Source: a virus (lineage: Duplodnaviria > Caudoviricetes). Taken from it: a stretch of 28,774 bases of DNA. The stretch covers positions 1 through 28,774 of the IMG/VR virus record IMGVR_UViG_3300037479_000205, one strand, 5' to 3'. The notes under the pieces were generated by a model. That model was given only the letters and a program-made list of their open reading frames with translations. It did not search any database and was not told where the DNA came from. Below, in pieces: positions 16,764-24,935 of the stretch; positions within the stretch are counted from its first letter, which is position 1; every line of letters starts with the position of its first letter. Made by a program: the position numbers and the translations under genes.

Positions 16764-17528
16764 ATGCCATTCCGCTACTACCCAGAGGACTGGGAAGATC
16801 TCAAACAAGCGGTCTTCGACTTCGCGCGCGGACGAGTCACGGACGACGCGATCGCCGTCGTGTGGTCGAAACAGGACGCGCCATCTCCGCCGCCGCCATT
16901 CGTGCGGCTCGACATCGTTACAGCGCCGGTGAACGACGGCATGGCCGAGCACCGGAACGAGTTGGCGATCCAGGTGACCGCGGCGATCGCGCTAGCCACG
17001 TACACGGTCACGATCAACGATGTCGATTTCACGTTCATCGCCGACGCATCCCCGACCCTGGTCGAGATTCGCGACGGGTTGATCGCATCGATCAACGCTG
17101 GCGGCGAACCCGTCACCGCGAGCGCTATCGTTTCGGATGCGTTGGTTCTGGTGCGCGATGCTGGCGCCGAAGAGCCAGAACTCGAGGTCGGTGCGAACCT
17201 GGCGATCAAGATCGCCGACACGACCTACATCGATGCGCTGACCACGTTCAGCGTGGAGGTGCTCGCGCCTGATGACGTGGCGATGACGTTGTCGAAAGCG
17301 ATCGAGTTTGGGCTCGACGATCCGGTGTCACAGGAGGCGCTGCACGCGTCGGGCTGGTCGACGTCTTCAGTCGAGGGACCTCGCACGCTCGACGCTGTGT
17401 TCGGGTCCCGCTGGGAGAAGCGCACGGGCTTCGACATGCGTTTGCGATGCCGTCAGCGGTCGGTGGCGATCATCGATTATGTCGAAACCGCAGGAATGGG
17501 CACGGGGATCGTGTCGACGTTCGAATAG
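16764..17528 (+). CDS. Tail terminator / neck protein with one inserted repeat module
   Basis: 'VVWSKQDAPSPPPPFVRL', 'WEKRTGFDMRL', 'IDYVET'; immediately before sheath. Confidence 0.8.
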   Translation: MPFRYYPEDWEDLKQAVFDFARGRVTDDAIAVVWSKQDAPSPPPPFVRLDIVTAPVNDGMAEHRNELAIQVTAAIALATYTVTINDVDFTFIADASPTLVEIRDGLIASINAGGEPVTASAIVSDALVLVRDAGAEEPELEVGANLAIKIADTTYIDALTTFSVEVLAPDDVAMTLSKAIEFGLDDPVSQEALHASGWSTSSVEGPRTLDAVFGSRWEKRTGFDMRLRCRQRSVAIIDYVETAGMGTGIVSTFE

Positions 17529-17537
17529 GAGATTGAG

Positions 17538-19205
17538 ATGCCGAGCGAGCTCGATGATGTCGTAGTCCTTCAGATCACCCGCGACACCAGCGCTCTATCA
17601 CAGGCTGGATTCGGCACGCCGTTGATTCTTCCGGCGAGCGTTCCGGCGAGCTTCACCGAGCGATTGCGCTACTACACCGCCGCCGCCGACATGCTTGATG
17701 ACGGGTTCACCACATCAGACATGGCGTACGTCCAGGCGCGCGCGATCATGTCGCAGAGCCCGCACCCGGAGCGATTCGCCGTCGGACGGCGCGCAACCGC
17801 TGTTGCGCAATTCCAACTCTTCGTTGTCCCAGCGACGCCGGACAACAGCACGTTGTATCGGATCGTGATCAACGGAACGAATTGCGACTACACGACGGAT
17901 GCGTCAGCGACGCAGGCGGAGCTTCGGGACGGGCTGATCGCCGCCATCAACGCGGCCGTGGGTGAGGTCGTGACTGCAACGACGAGCACCAACGATGTGT
18001 TGGTCACCTCGGATGTGGCGGGTATTCCGTTCACATATTCGATCGCCACCGGCCCGACGACGCCGCTGACGCTGCCGGCGCAGACGCAACTCTTCGTCAT
18101 CCCGGCGATGGTCGACAACTCTTCGATCTACACGGTGCGCATCAACGGGACTCCGTGCTCGTACACGACGGATGCGTCAGCGACGCAGGCGGAGCTTCGG
18201 GACGGGCTGATCGCGATCATCAACACCAACGTCGGCAGCGCGGTCACCGCGACCGCGAGCACGAACGACGTGCTTGTCACTGCCGACGTGGCGGGTACGA
18301 ATTTCACCTTCGAGATCGTCGACACCAGCACCACGAACGACGTCACGCTCGGCGCGTCCACCGGTGCGCGCCCGAACGTAGGTATCCCTGAAGATCTCGC
18401 GGCGATCGAGGACTACCAGCCCGATTGGTATTGCCTGCTGATCACGCAGCGCGATCGCAACCACATCATGACGACTGCGGCAGAGATCGAGGCGATGACC
18501 AAGATCTTCATCGCGCAAAGCGACGACGCTGCGATCCTGGCCACGCCGTACAACGCGAGCGACACGGACACTGACGTTGCATCGGAGCTTCACGCGCTCG
18601 GCTACGACCGCACCGCGCTCGTCTATCACCCCGACGACACCGAGGCGCTCGATGCGGCTGTGGTGGGTATCTGCCTGCCGCCGAACGCGGGATCGATCAC
18701 CTGGAAGTTCAAGTCGCCGAGCGGTATCGACGCTACGCAACTCACTACGACCGAATTGACGAACCTCCGTTCGAAGTCGGCAAACGGCTTCAGGAACGTT
18801 GCTGGCGTGTCGATCTTCTACGAGGGGACGATGGTCTCCGGCGAATTCATCGACATCATGCACGGGACCGACGCTTGGGCAGCGGACGCGCAAGCGAGCA
18901 TGTTCGATTTCCTCCGGCGCGCGCCAAAGGTTCCCTTCACGCAGAAGGGGCTCAACGCTGGCAAGGCGCCGATCGAAGCATCGCTCGAGCGGTTCGTGCG
19001 TACGGGCCTGTTCGCCGGTTCGCTGACGCTGGCGAACGGCGACGAGCAAGTGCCCGGCTATGTCGTGACTGCGCCGAACATCGCGAACATTTCGGCCAAC
19101 GATCGCGCGACACGTGCGATCCCGGCGAGCGAGCCCTATCGAATCACCGCGCCGTACGCGGGCGCTGTCCACAAGGTCAGGATGGACGCGGTGCTGTCCG
19201 TCTGA
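17538..19205 (+). CDS. Tail sheath protein (DUF3383-type) with tandem inserted modules
   Basis: 'QAGFGTPLI', 'SQSPHP', 'GSITWKFK', 'EGTMVSGEFIDIMHGTD', 'KVPFTQKG', 'AGAVHKV'. Confidence 0.93.
   Translation: MPSELDDVVVLQITRDTSALSQAGFGTPLILPASVPASFTERLRYYTAAADMLDDGFTTSDMAYVQARAIMSQSPHPERFAVGRRATAVAQFQLFVVPATPDNSTLYRIVINGTNCDYTTDASATQAELRDGLIAAINAAVGEVVTATTSTNDVLVTSDVAGIPFTYSIATGPTTPLTLPAQTQLFVIPAMVDNSSIYTVRINGTPCSYTTDASATQAELRDGLIAIINTNVGSAVTATASTNDVLVTADVAGTNFTFEIVDTSTTNDVTLGASTGARPNVGIPEDLAAIEDYQPDWYCLLITQRDRNHIMTTAAEIEAMTKIFIAQSDDAAILATPYNASDTDTDVASELHALGYDRTALVYHPDDTEALDAAVVGICLPPNAGSITWKFKSPSGIDATQLTTTELTNLRSKSANGFRNVAGVSIFYEGTMVSGEFIDIMHGTDAWAADAQASMFDFLRRAPKVPFTQKGLNAGKAPIEASLERFVRTGLFAGSLTLANGDEQVPGYVVTAPNIANISANDRATRAIPASEPYRITAPYAGAVHKVRMDAVLSV
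17818..17854 (+). repeat. 37-bp exact repeat shared with window end (28738-28774)
   Basis: TCTTCGTTGTCCCAGCGACGCCGGACAACAGCACGTT at both positions. Confidence 0.95.
17889..17941 (+). repeat. 53-bp exact direct repeat, copy 1 (within sheath)
   Basis: TACACGACGGATGCGTCAGCGACGCAGGCGGAGCTTCGGGACGGGCTGATCGC, identical at 18162-18214 (offset 273 nt = 91 codons). Confidence 0.95.
18162..18214 (+). repeat. 53-bp exact direct repeat, copy 2 (within sheath)
   Basis: Identical to 17889-17941. Confidence 0.95.
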
Positions 19206-19221
19206 TCGAAAGGAGTGACCT

Positions 19222-19662
19222 GTGCCCGGAACTGTCCAAACATTCGATCCCAAGCTTCTGGTCGTCATGGTGCATGGCGTACTGATCGACGGGTACGCGC
19301 CCGACACCTTCGTCAACATCGAGTACGACTCCGACCTGTGGACCAAACTGATCGGCGCTGACGGCCAAGGCGCCTGGGCGAAGAGCAACGACCTGAGCGC
19401 CACCGTTACGCTCAGGCTCATGCCCGGCTCACTCTCGAACGCTTGGCTGCAGAGCCGCTTGTCCGCAGACATGGCGCTCAACGTCGGCTTCGGGCCAATC
19501 TCGATCACCGATCCATCGACGCTGACGTCGCACAACGGGCTGAGCTCGCGGATCATGAAACCGCCGACGAAAGTCTACGCAGGCACCGTCGAGGCATTGG
19601 AGTGGCAGATCGGCGTGCTGGAACTGATCCCGGTGCATGGTGCTGCGCCGGCGTTCGCGTGA
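19222..19662 (+). CDS. Tail tube protein (DUF3277-type)
   Basis: AAGGAG SD. 'TFDPK..VVMVHG..IDGYAPDTFVNIEY', 'GADGQG', 'TLRLMPGSLSNAWL'. Follows sheath. Confidence 0.9.
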   Translation: MPGTVQTFDPKLLVVMVHGVLIDGYAPDTFVNIEYDSDLWTKLIGADGQGAWAKSNDLSATVTLRLMPGSLSNAWLQSRLSADMALNVGFGPISITDPSTLTSHNGLSSRIMKPPTKVYAGTVEALEWQIGVLELIPVHGAAPAFA

Positions 19663-19670
19663 GGTCTTGA

Positions 19671-20108
19671 ATGGCCGTAAATATAACCCACGAATTCAGC
19701 GACAGCGCCGGCGCAAAGTGGATGCTCAATCGCTTGGCCGCCACCGAAGGGCTCCGCATTCTGACGCAGATCGCCGGTATTATCGGCGAGGGCGCCGGGC
19801 ATGTGGGCACCGGAATCAGCGGCGAGGAAATAAAGGACGACTCGATCGCCAAGGCGATCGGCGCGATCGCGACGAATATCTCGAAGCCAGGCACGGTGGA
19901 CCTGATCAAGACGCTGCTCGGCGGTCTCCGGAAAGACGGCGTGGTGGTGAATTTTGATCTCGAATTCGCCGGCAAATACAAATTGCTGCTGCTGGAGTTG
20001 GTGCCCTGGGCACTGAAGGTGAATTTCGCCGATTTTTTAGAAGGAAACGCGGTCCTGTCCGCTATCTCCGCGAAGATGAAGTCGCTGACGCCCGCGAAAG
20101 CAACATAG
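19671..20108 (+). CDS. Tail assembly chaperone
   Basis: Between tube and TMP; 'FDLEFAGKY...WALKVNFADF'. Confidence 0.85.
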   Translation: MAVNITHEFSDSAGAKWMLNRLAATEGLRILTQIAGIIGEGAGHVGTGISGEEIKDDSIAKAIGAIATNISKPGTVDLIKTLLGGLRKDGVVVNFDLEFAGKYKLLLLELVPWALKVNFADFLEGNAVLSAISAKMKSLTPAKAT

Positions 20109-20251
20109 ACTGGAGGATCTACGCGGTGGTGTTGGCAGGCAAGGCGTCGCTGAGAGATCTCCAGGAATGGCACGATCTGAGCGACCTCGCCGACCTGCAT
20201 GAACTGATCGAATTCGAGGCCAAGATTAAAGCGAAGCCACCGCGGCCATGA
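20033..20251 (+). CDS. -1 frameshift extension of tail assembly chaperone (gpGT-like); absent from the ORF track
   Basis: Slippery T TTT TTA at 20033-20039 in the correct phase. The -1 frame is open to TGA 20249-20251 and encodes ...IDWRIYAVVLAGKASLRDLQEWHDLSDLADLHELIEFE... Confidence 0.85.
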   Translation, partial: FFRRKRGPVRYLREDEVADARESNIDWRIYAVVLAGKASLRDLQEWHDLSDLADLHELIEFEAKIKAKPPRP

Positions 20252-20279
20252 GCGCGCGCGGGGCACGAGAGGACCCGCG

Positions 20280-21983
20280 GTGCTCATCCGATCCTTAGTC
20301 ACCCGGTTAGGATTCGACCTCGACGAAACCGGGGCGAAGGCTGCCGAGAAGCAATTCTCAGGGCTGATTCAGGGCGCGGCGTCTCTCGTTGCGCTGGTGA
20401 CTGCTGCCGGCGCGGCGATCGTCGCAATGGTCAAGAGTGCCTCAGATCTCGGAGACCGCGCGGCCAAGACCGGCACGAAGCTCGGTATCACCGCTGAGGA
20501 GGTGCAGGAGCTTTCGTACGCTGCGGACAACGCTGGCGTCGAATTCGGCCAACTCGCTGCTGGCCTGAAGCACATGCAGCGCAACGCCGACGAGGCCAAG
20601 CGCGGAAGCAAAGAGGCTGCTGCTGGGTTTGGGCTCGTCGGCGTCAGAGTGCGTGATGCGAGCGGCGCGGTGAAGCCTACGATCACGCTGTTCCAGGAGG
20701 TCGCAGACAAGATCAAGGACGTACAAGACCCAGCGCGACGTACGGCGATCGCGATGCGCATCTTCGGCAAGTCGGGCCAGGAATTGATCCCGTTGTTGAA
20801 TGAGGGTGCTGCAGGCATCGAGGCGATGCGGCGACGTGCGCATCTGCTCGGCGCGGTCATGGATAATCAGACTGCAGCCGCGGCGGAGGATCTGGACGAT
20901 GCGTTCACGGACCTCGGACTGATCGTCAAAGGCGTCGGGCTGCAATTCGCGATCGCGTTCATGCCGACCGTGAAGGAGGTGATCGATCTGCTCGTGCAGA
21001 ACGACGACCTGATCAAACGAATCGTCAAAACGGTGGGCAAATGGACGAAGGCGATCGCATCGCTCCTGTCGGGTTTGCTGAAGTTAGGTAAGTTCTACGA
21101 CGAGCACCATGTCTTTCTGAAGACTTTTGCGGTCACGACGCTGACTCTGCTGATCTTCAAGTATCGCGCACTCGGTTTTGCTGCCGTGAAAGCCGCCGCT
21201 GCTGCAACGCTGGCGTGGATCAAGGCCGCGGCTCCGCTATTGGCAATCCTGGCCATTGCCGCGCTGATCGCGCTCGCCGTTGAGGACGTCTATTATTTTG
21301 TAACTGGCGGACAGTCGGCGATCGGCAACCTCCGCAACGCGTTTCTGGAGGAGGCACGTAAGCCAAACGCGCATTGGATCGTCAAAACGATCGCCGCTAT
21401 CATAGACGCGATCGGGTCGGCGATCGAAGCCGTTGACTTCTTCTTCAAAGGCTTTTTTGAGGAGGCCGGAGAGATCGGCGGCATTGGCAATGCCCTGATC
21501 GAAAACCTCAAATACGCGATCAAATGGTGGGCTAATGCGGTCCTTGGGCTCGGCAAGAGCCTGGTCGACACGCTAATCAACGCATTCAAAGAAGTTATCA
21601 ACTCCTGGATCAATCAGTGGATGGCGTTCGGGAGGTTGATTGAAAAGGCACTCCCCGAGCCACTTCGTGTGTTGCTGCGCGGGGCGAGCATGCGGATCGA
21701 ACAATTCCTGCGGAGCGATGATCGCGTCGGTCTGCGCAACGTCGGCCAGCGAATTCAGGAGTCGCTCGGGTTCCCGGAAGCGCCCCGTGTGCCGCTGGTG
21801 ACCAGCTCCGCCGGCGGGTCAGAAACGTCAATCGTGGTCGAAGGGGCGAAGGTGGATGTTTCGGTGACGAGCAACGGGACCGTATCGCCACAGGCGATCG
21901 GAGGAGCAGCGGCGACCGGCGTGAATCAGGCTATGCAGCGTGCGGGGAGTGAGATCGCCTCGCGATTCCGAGGGAAGCACTAA
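20280..21983 (+). CDS. Tape measure protein
   Basis: 'IRSLVTRLGFDLD', 'IFGKSGQELIPLLNEG'; Ala-rich helical with hydrophobic segments. Confidence 0.92.
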   Translation: MLIRSLVTRLGFDLDETGAKAAEKQFSGLIQGAASLVALVTAAGAAIVAMVKSASDLGDRAAKTGTKLGITAEEVQELSYAADNAGVEFGQLAAGLKHMQRNADEAKRGSKEAAAGFGLVGVRVRDASGAVKPTITLFQEVADKIKDVQDPARRTAIAMRIFGKSGQELIPLLNEGAAGIEAMRRRAHLLGAVMDNQTAAAAEDLDDAFTDLGLIVKGVGLQFAIAFMPTVKEVIDLLVQNDDLIKRIVKTVGKWTKAIASLLSGLLKLGKFYDEHHVFLKTFAVTTLTLLIFKYRALGFAAVKAAAAATLAWIKAAAPLLAILAIAALIALAVEDVYYFVTGGQSAIGNLRNAFLEEARKPNAHWIVKTIAAIIDAIGSAIEAVDFFFKGFFEEAGEIGGIGNALIENLKYAIKWWANAVLGLGKSLVDTLINAFKEVINSWINQWMAFGRLIEKALPEPLRVLLRGASMRIEQFLRSDDRVGLRNVGQRIQESLGFPEAPRVPLVTSSAGGSETSIVVEGAKVDVSVTSNGTVSPQAIGGAAATGVNQAMQRAGSEIASRFRGKH

Positions 21984-22582
21984 TGGTCCTGGTCTTTCGG
22001 CCAAGCATCGGTCCGGTCGAGCTCTCCGTGAGCCTTTCGGAGACGCACACGCATTCTTCCTCCGTGTCTGAGCATCCGATCGAGTCGGGAAGCCTGATCG
22101 CAGACCACGTGCAATCCAACGGGTTCACGCTGCAGATGGAAGCGATCATCGCCACCGCGCAATCAACGACGACGGATATCGTTTCGAGCGCGGCATCGGC
22201 TTACGCGACGCTGCTCGAAATATACGAGCAGCGAGAGGCGATCACCGTGGTCACCGGCCTCAAGGTGTACCGGAGCATGGTGATCACGGAGTTTCGTGTC
22301 TCGCGCGACCGGAACACGGGATCGCTCCTCAGCTTCAGCGCCGAGCTGCGCGAGATCCGAGTCGCGGCCGCTCAAGTCGTAACCGTTGCGACGGGTGTTC
22401 TCGGGAACGGGACATCGAAGCTGGGCGAGAAAGGGACCAAAACAGCGGACGAAAAAGCCACGGCGTCAGCGCGCGGAAGTATCGCAGGCAAACATATATT
22501 CACGCAGGACCGTTCCAAGGCACTCGCCGGCGGGCTCAATAAACTAGGCACGATAGGGAGCGCGCTGAATATTATTCCATGA
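21983..22582 (+). CDS. Baseplate / tail tube initiator (Dit-like) protein
   Basis: 'SETH....VSEHPIESGSLIADHV', 'VVTGLKVYRSMVI', 'FSAELREIRV'. Confidence 0.85.
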   Translation: MVLVFRPSIGPVELSVSLSETHTHSSSVSEHPIESGSLIADHVQSNGFTLQMEAIIATAQSTTTDIVSSAASAYATLLEIYEQREAITVVTGLKVYRSMVITEFRVSRDRNTGSLLSFSAELREIRVAAAQVVTVATGVLGNGTSKLGEKGTKTADEKATASARGSIAGKHIFTQDRSKALAGGLNKLGTIGSALNIIP

Positions 22583-22591
22583 GGTGCAGAC

Positions 22592-22933
22592 GTGGCTGCT
22601 CTTGAGATACCGCTATCGCAGACACTCACAGACTACACGGAGCGCATCGATCTCGACGGCGTTGTTTACGAATTTCGATTCCGATGGAATCCGCGCGCTG
22701 AAGCATGGTTCGTCGATATCTCCGACGCGGATGGTGAGCCGCTGGTCTTCGGTCGCAAGGTCACAGTGGACACGCTGCTGACGCAGCAACACAAGCACGT
22801 CGATGGGATCGCGCAAGGGCAGTTGACGGCGTTCGACACGACGAATCGACGGATCGATCCCGAGCAAGAGGATTTCGGGACGCGCGTGCTGCTCCTGTAC
22901 TTCGACATCACGGAGACATTCGAGGCCGAATGA
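22592..22933 (+). CDS. Baseplate plug-like small protein
   Basis: 'LDGVVYEFRFRWNPRAEAWFVDISDADGEPL', 'DFGTRVLLLY'. Confidence 0.8.
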   Translation: MAALEIPLSQTLTDYTERIDLDGVVYEFRFRWNPRAEAWFVDISDADGEPLVFGRKVTVDTLLTQQHKHVDGIAQGQLTAFDTTNRRIDPEQEDFGTRVLLLYFDITETFEAE

Positions 22934-23796
22934 GCCTGTTCGATCGCCGCGTTGTGCTCACTGTTGGAACGCGTCGCATCGAAGGCGATCGCATCGAGGC
23001 CGGAGTGCGCGTGCACGGGCTGCGGATTCAATTCAAGGTTACGCAATCGCTTGCAGCGGAAAGCAACACCGCAGACGCCACCGTCTACAATCTCAACGAG
23101 GCGAGCCAAGGAGCGCTCAGCCTGGCGCTCAAGCCGCAATTTATTATCGAAGCCGGGTACATCGATACGGCTGGGGCGCTCTTCTCAGGCGTCGCTGAGC
23201 GCATCACGCACCAGCGCATGCTGCCAGGGTTCTCTACGAGCATTAGCGCCACGGACGGAGCAACCGAAGGGCGACGCATAATAAACGGCGTGCTCGCTCC
23301 GCGCGCCACTGTAGCGCAGGTGCTCGAGTTGATCGCGACGGCGATGCAGGTCAACGCAACGCGTGCGATCGCCCAGGCGAAGTCAGGGAAATTCGATCGG
23401 CAGATCGCCTCGTTCTTCAACGGCTACACGATCTGCGGAACCGGCAAGGTCGAGCTCGACAAACTTACGCGCGCTCTGGGTGTACGGTGGACGATCGTCA
23501 ATGGGGAGTTGCTCCTGCTTGGTCCCGACGATGCCACGCAGGAAGAGGCCATTGTGCTCTCGGAGGACTCTGGGTTGATCCGAGCACCTACGCGTCACTA
23601 CGACAGCAAGCGTCCTCGGAAGCTCCTATATTCGGTGATCTCGCTGCTCCAACCGAAACTCAAGCCGGGGCGTCGTGTGCAACTCGACTCACGATCTGCG
23701 CGCGGAGCATTTCGCGTCGAACAATCCGAACACGGCGGAGATACGCATGGCGCGGAGTGGTACTCGACGGCGATCATTGCGGAGGTGAAATCGTGA
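22930..23796 (+). CDS. Baseplate hub protein
   Basis: 'LRIQFKV', 'NTA..TVYNL', 'IEAGY', 'WTIVNGEL', 'SGLI..P', 'HGGDTHGAEWYS'. Confidence 0.88.
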   Translation: MSLFDRRVVLTVGTRRIEGDRIEAGVRVHGLRIQFKVTQSLAAESNTADATVYNLNEASQGALSLALKPQFIIEAGYIDTAGALFSGVAERITHQRMLPGFSTSISATDGATEGRRIINGVLAPRATVAQVLELIATAMQVNATRAIAQAKSGKFDRQIASFFNGYTICGTGKVELDKLTRALGVRWTIVNGELLLLGPDDATQEEAIVLSEDSGLIRAPTRHYDSKRPRKLLYSVISLLQPKLKPGRRVQLDSRSARGAFRVEQSEHGGDTHGAEWYSTAIIAEVKS

Positions 23797-24542
23797 CCAC
23801 ACCGATCGACGCGATCGCTGATGCGGCCAGGCCCCCAGGCGAGGATATATCGAACGACATCGTCCGTCTGATACTCGACGCGATCGAAGGACGCCTATTT
23901 GACGTGCACACGGGCCTGCCCGCGACGGTTGTCAGCTTCGATCCCACCAAGCAGAGCGCCGACGTGCAACCGCTATTGCGTCGAGTCATGGTCGACGAAA
24001 ATGAGTCACCGGTGACGGTCACGATTCCGGTGATCACTAACGTGCCGATCCAATATCCGAGCGGCGCAGGCTGGTCGATCACGTGGCCGCTGGCGGTCGG
24101 CGACATCGTCTATTTGCACTTCGCTGAGCGCAGCATTGACGACTGGCTCGAAGCACCACCAGGCTCCTTGGTGACGCCTACGCAGGCCAGAAAGTTTGAT
24201 CTCTCCGATGCGGTCGTCCTCGCCGGGATCCGCCCGCGCACGCTTCCGCTACCGAACATCAGCCCAACGAATCTTCGGATCGCGAACGAGACCGGGACAG
24301 TCGTGCTCGAATTGAGTGCAAACTCGATCCACGTCCAAGCGCCAACGGTGGCGCTTGATGCAGGGGGGACGGCCGACTCCCCGATCCCGCGCGGAGCGGA
24401 CCTCCAGACGTTTCTCGAAGCTCTGCGCACGTGGCTGTCGACGCTATCCCTCCCGGTTTCAGGAGCCACTGCCGGCCCGCCGGCGGCACCACCTCCGGTA
24501 ATTCCGGCTACGCTGCTGAGCACGGCGGCGACGGTTCGCTGA
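23793..24542 (+). CDS. Central baseplate spike (Gp138/gpV-like, N-terminal OB fold)
   Basis: GTG after GGAGG overlapping the hub stop. 'HTGLPATVVSFD', 'PLAVGD.V.L.FAERSIDDW', 'RKFDLSDAV'. Confidence 0.88.
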   Translation: MTTPIDAIADAARPPGEDISNDIVRLILDAIEGRLFDVHTGLPATVVSFDPTKQSADVQPLLRRVMVDENESPVTVTIPVITNVPIQYPSGAGWSITWPLAVGDIVYLHFAERSIDDWLEAPPGSLVTPTQARKFDLSDAVVLAGIRPRTLPLPNISPTNLRIANETGTVVLELSANSIHVQAPTVALDAGGTADSPIPRGADLQTFLEALRTWLSTLSLPVSGATAGPPAAPPPVIPATLLSTAATVR

Positions 24543-24564
24543 CACAGGGGAAGTAGCGCCAACA
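24542..24564 (+). promoter_or_regulatory. Conserved motif copy 3 (putative late promoter), upstream of baseplate wedge genes
   Basis: ACACAGGGGAA-GTAGCGC-CAACA, 13 nt before TTG 24578. Confidence 0.7.
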
Positions 24565-24577
24565 GGATCCGAGCAGG

Positions 24578-24934
24578 TTGACGCTCGGCCCAGACCTTTT
24601 TCTCGATCGGACGACGGGCGACCTGGCGATCGAAGGCGGAGACCTCGTGCTCGCAGCCGACCTCGCGCAGGCGATCAGCATTCGTCTGAAGTGGTTTCGC
24701 AACGAGTATTTCTTGAACACATCGATCGGTGTCCCGTACTACGATCAGATTTTCGTCAAGGCGCCGCGGCTCGACCAGATCGCCGCGCTCTACCGCGACG
24801 AGATCGCACGAACGCCCGGTGTGACCAAGGTGCTCACCGTCGACGTCTCGCTCAACAACTCGACGCGAGAGCTCAAGGTGACCTGGAGGGCCGAGGGCGC
24901 GGACGGAGTCGTCGCCGGCGTGGTGGAGGTCTGA
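24578..24934 (+). CDS. Baseplate wedge / sheath initiator (gp25-like)
   Basis: 'AQAISIRLKWFRNEYFLNTSIGVPYYDQIF', 'TPGVTKV'. Confidence 0.85.
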   Translation: MTLGPDLFLDRTTGDLAIEGGDLVLAADLAQAISIRLKWFRNEYFLNTSIGVPYYDQIFVKAPRLDQIAALYRDEIARTPGVTKVLTVDVSLNNSTRELKVTWRAEGADGVVAGVVEV

Positions 24935-24935
24935 C

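Noticed and set aside
11433-17540. Stop-codon readthrough or TAG recoding: TAG stops at 11435, 15327 and 17528 are each in frame with the next gene
   Set aside because: Other TAG junctions (9922, 16241) are out of frame and conserved genes have no internal TAG. A TGA junction (22582) is also in frame, so chance suffices.
12248-19556. Long minus-strand ORFs (e.g. 12248-13858, 18177-19556; also 7538-8842)
   Set aside because: Antisense shadows of GC-rich genes: Arg-rich, no motifs, and fully overlapping well-supported + strand genes.
7760-24564. Sigma54 promoter or CRISPR-repeat reading of the three-copy motif
   Set aside because: GG-N10-GC fails in copy 3 and TGGCAC/TTGC are absent. Copies are kilobases apart with no spacer array.
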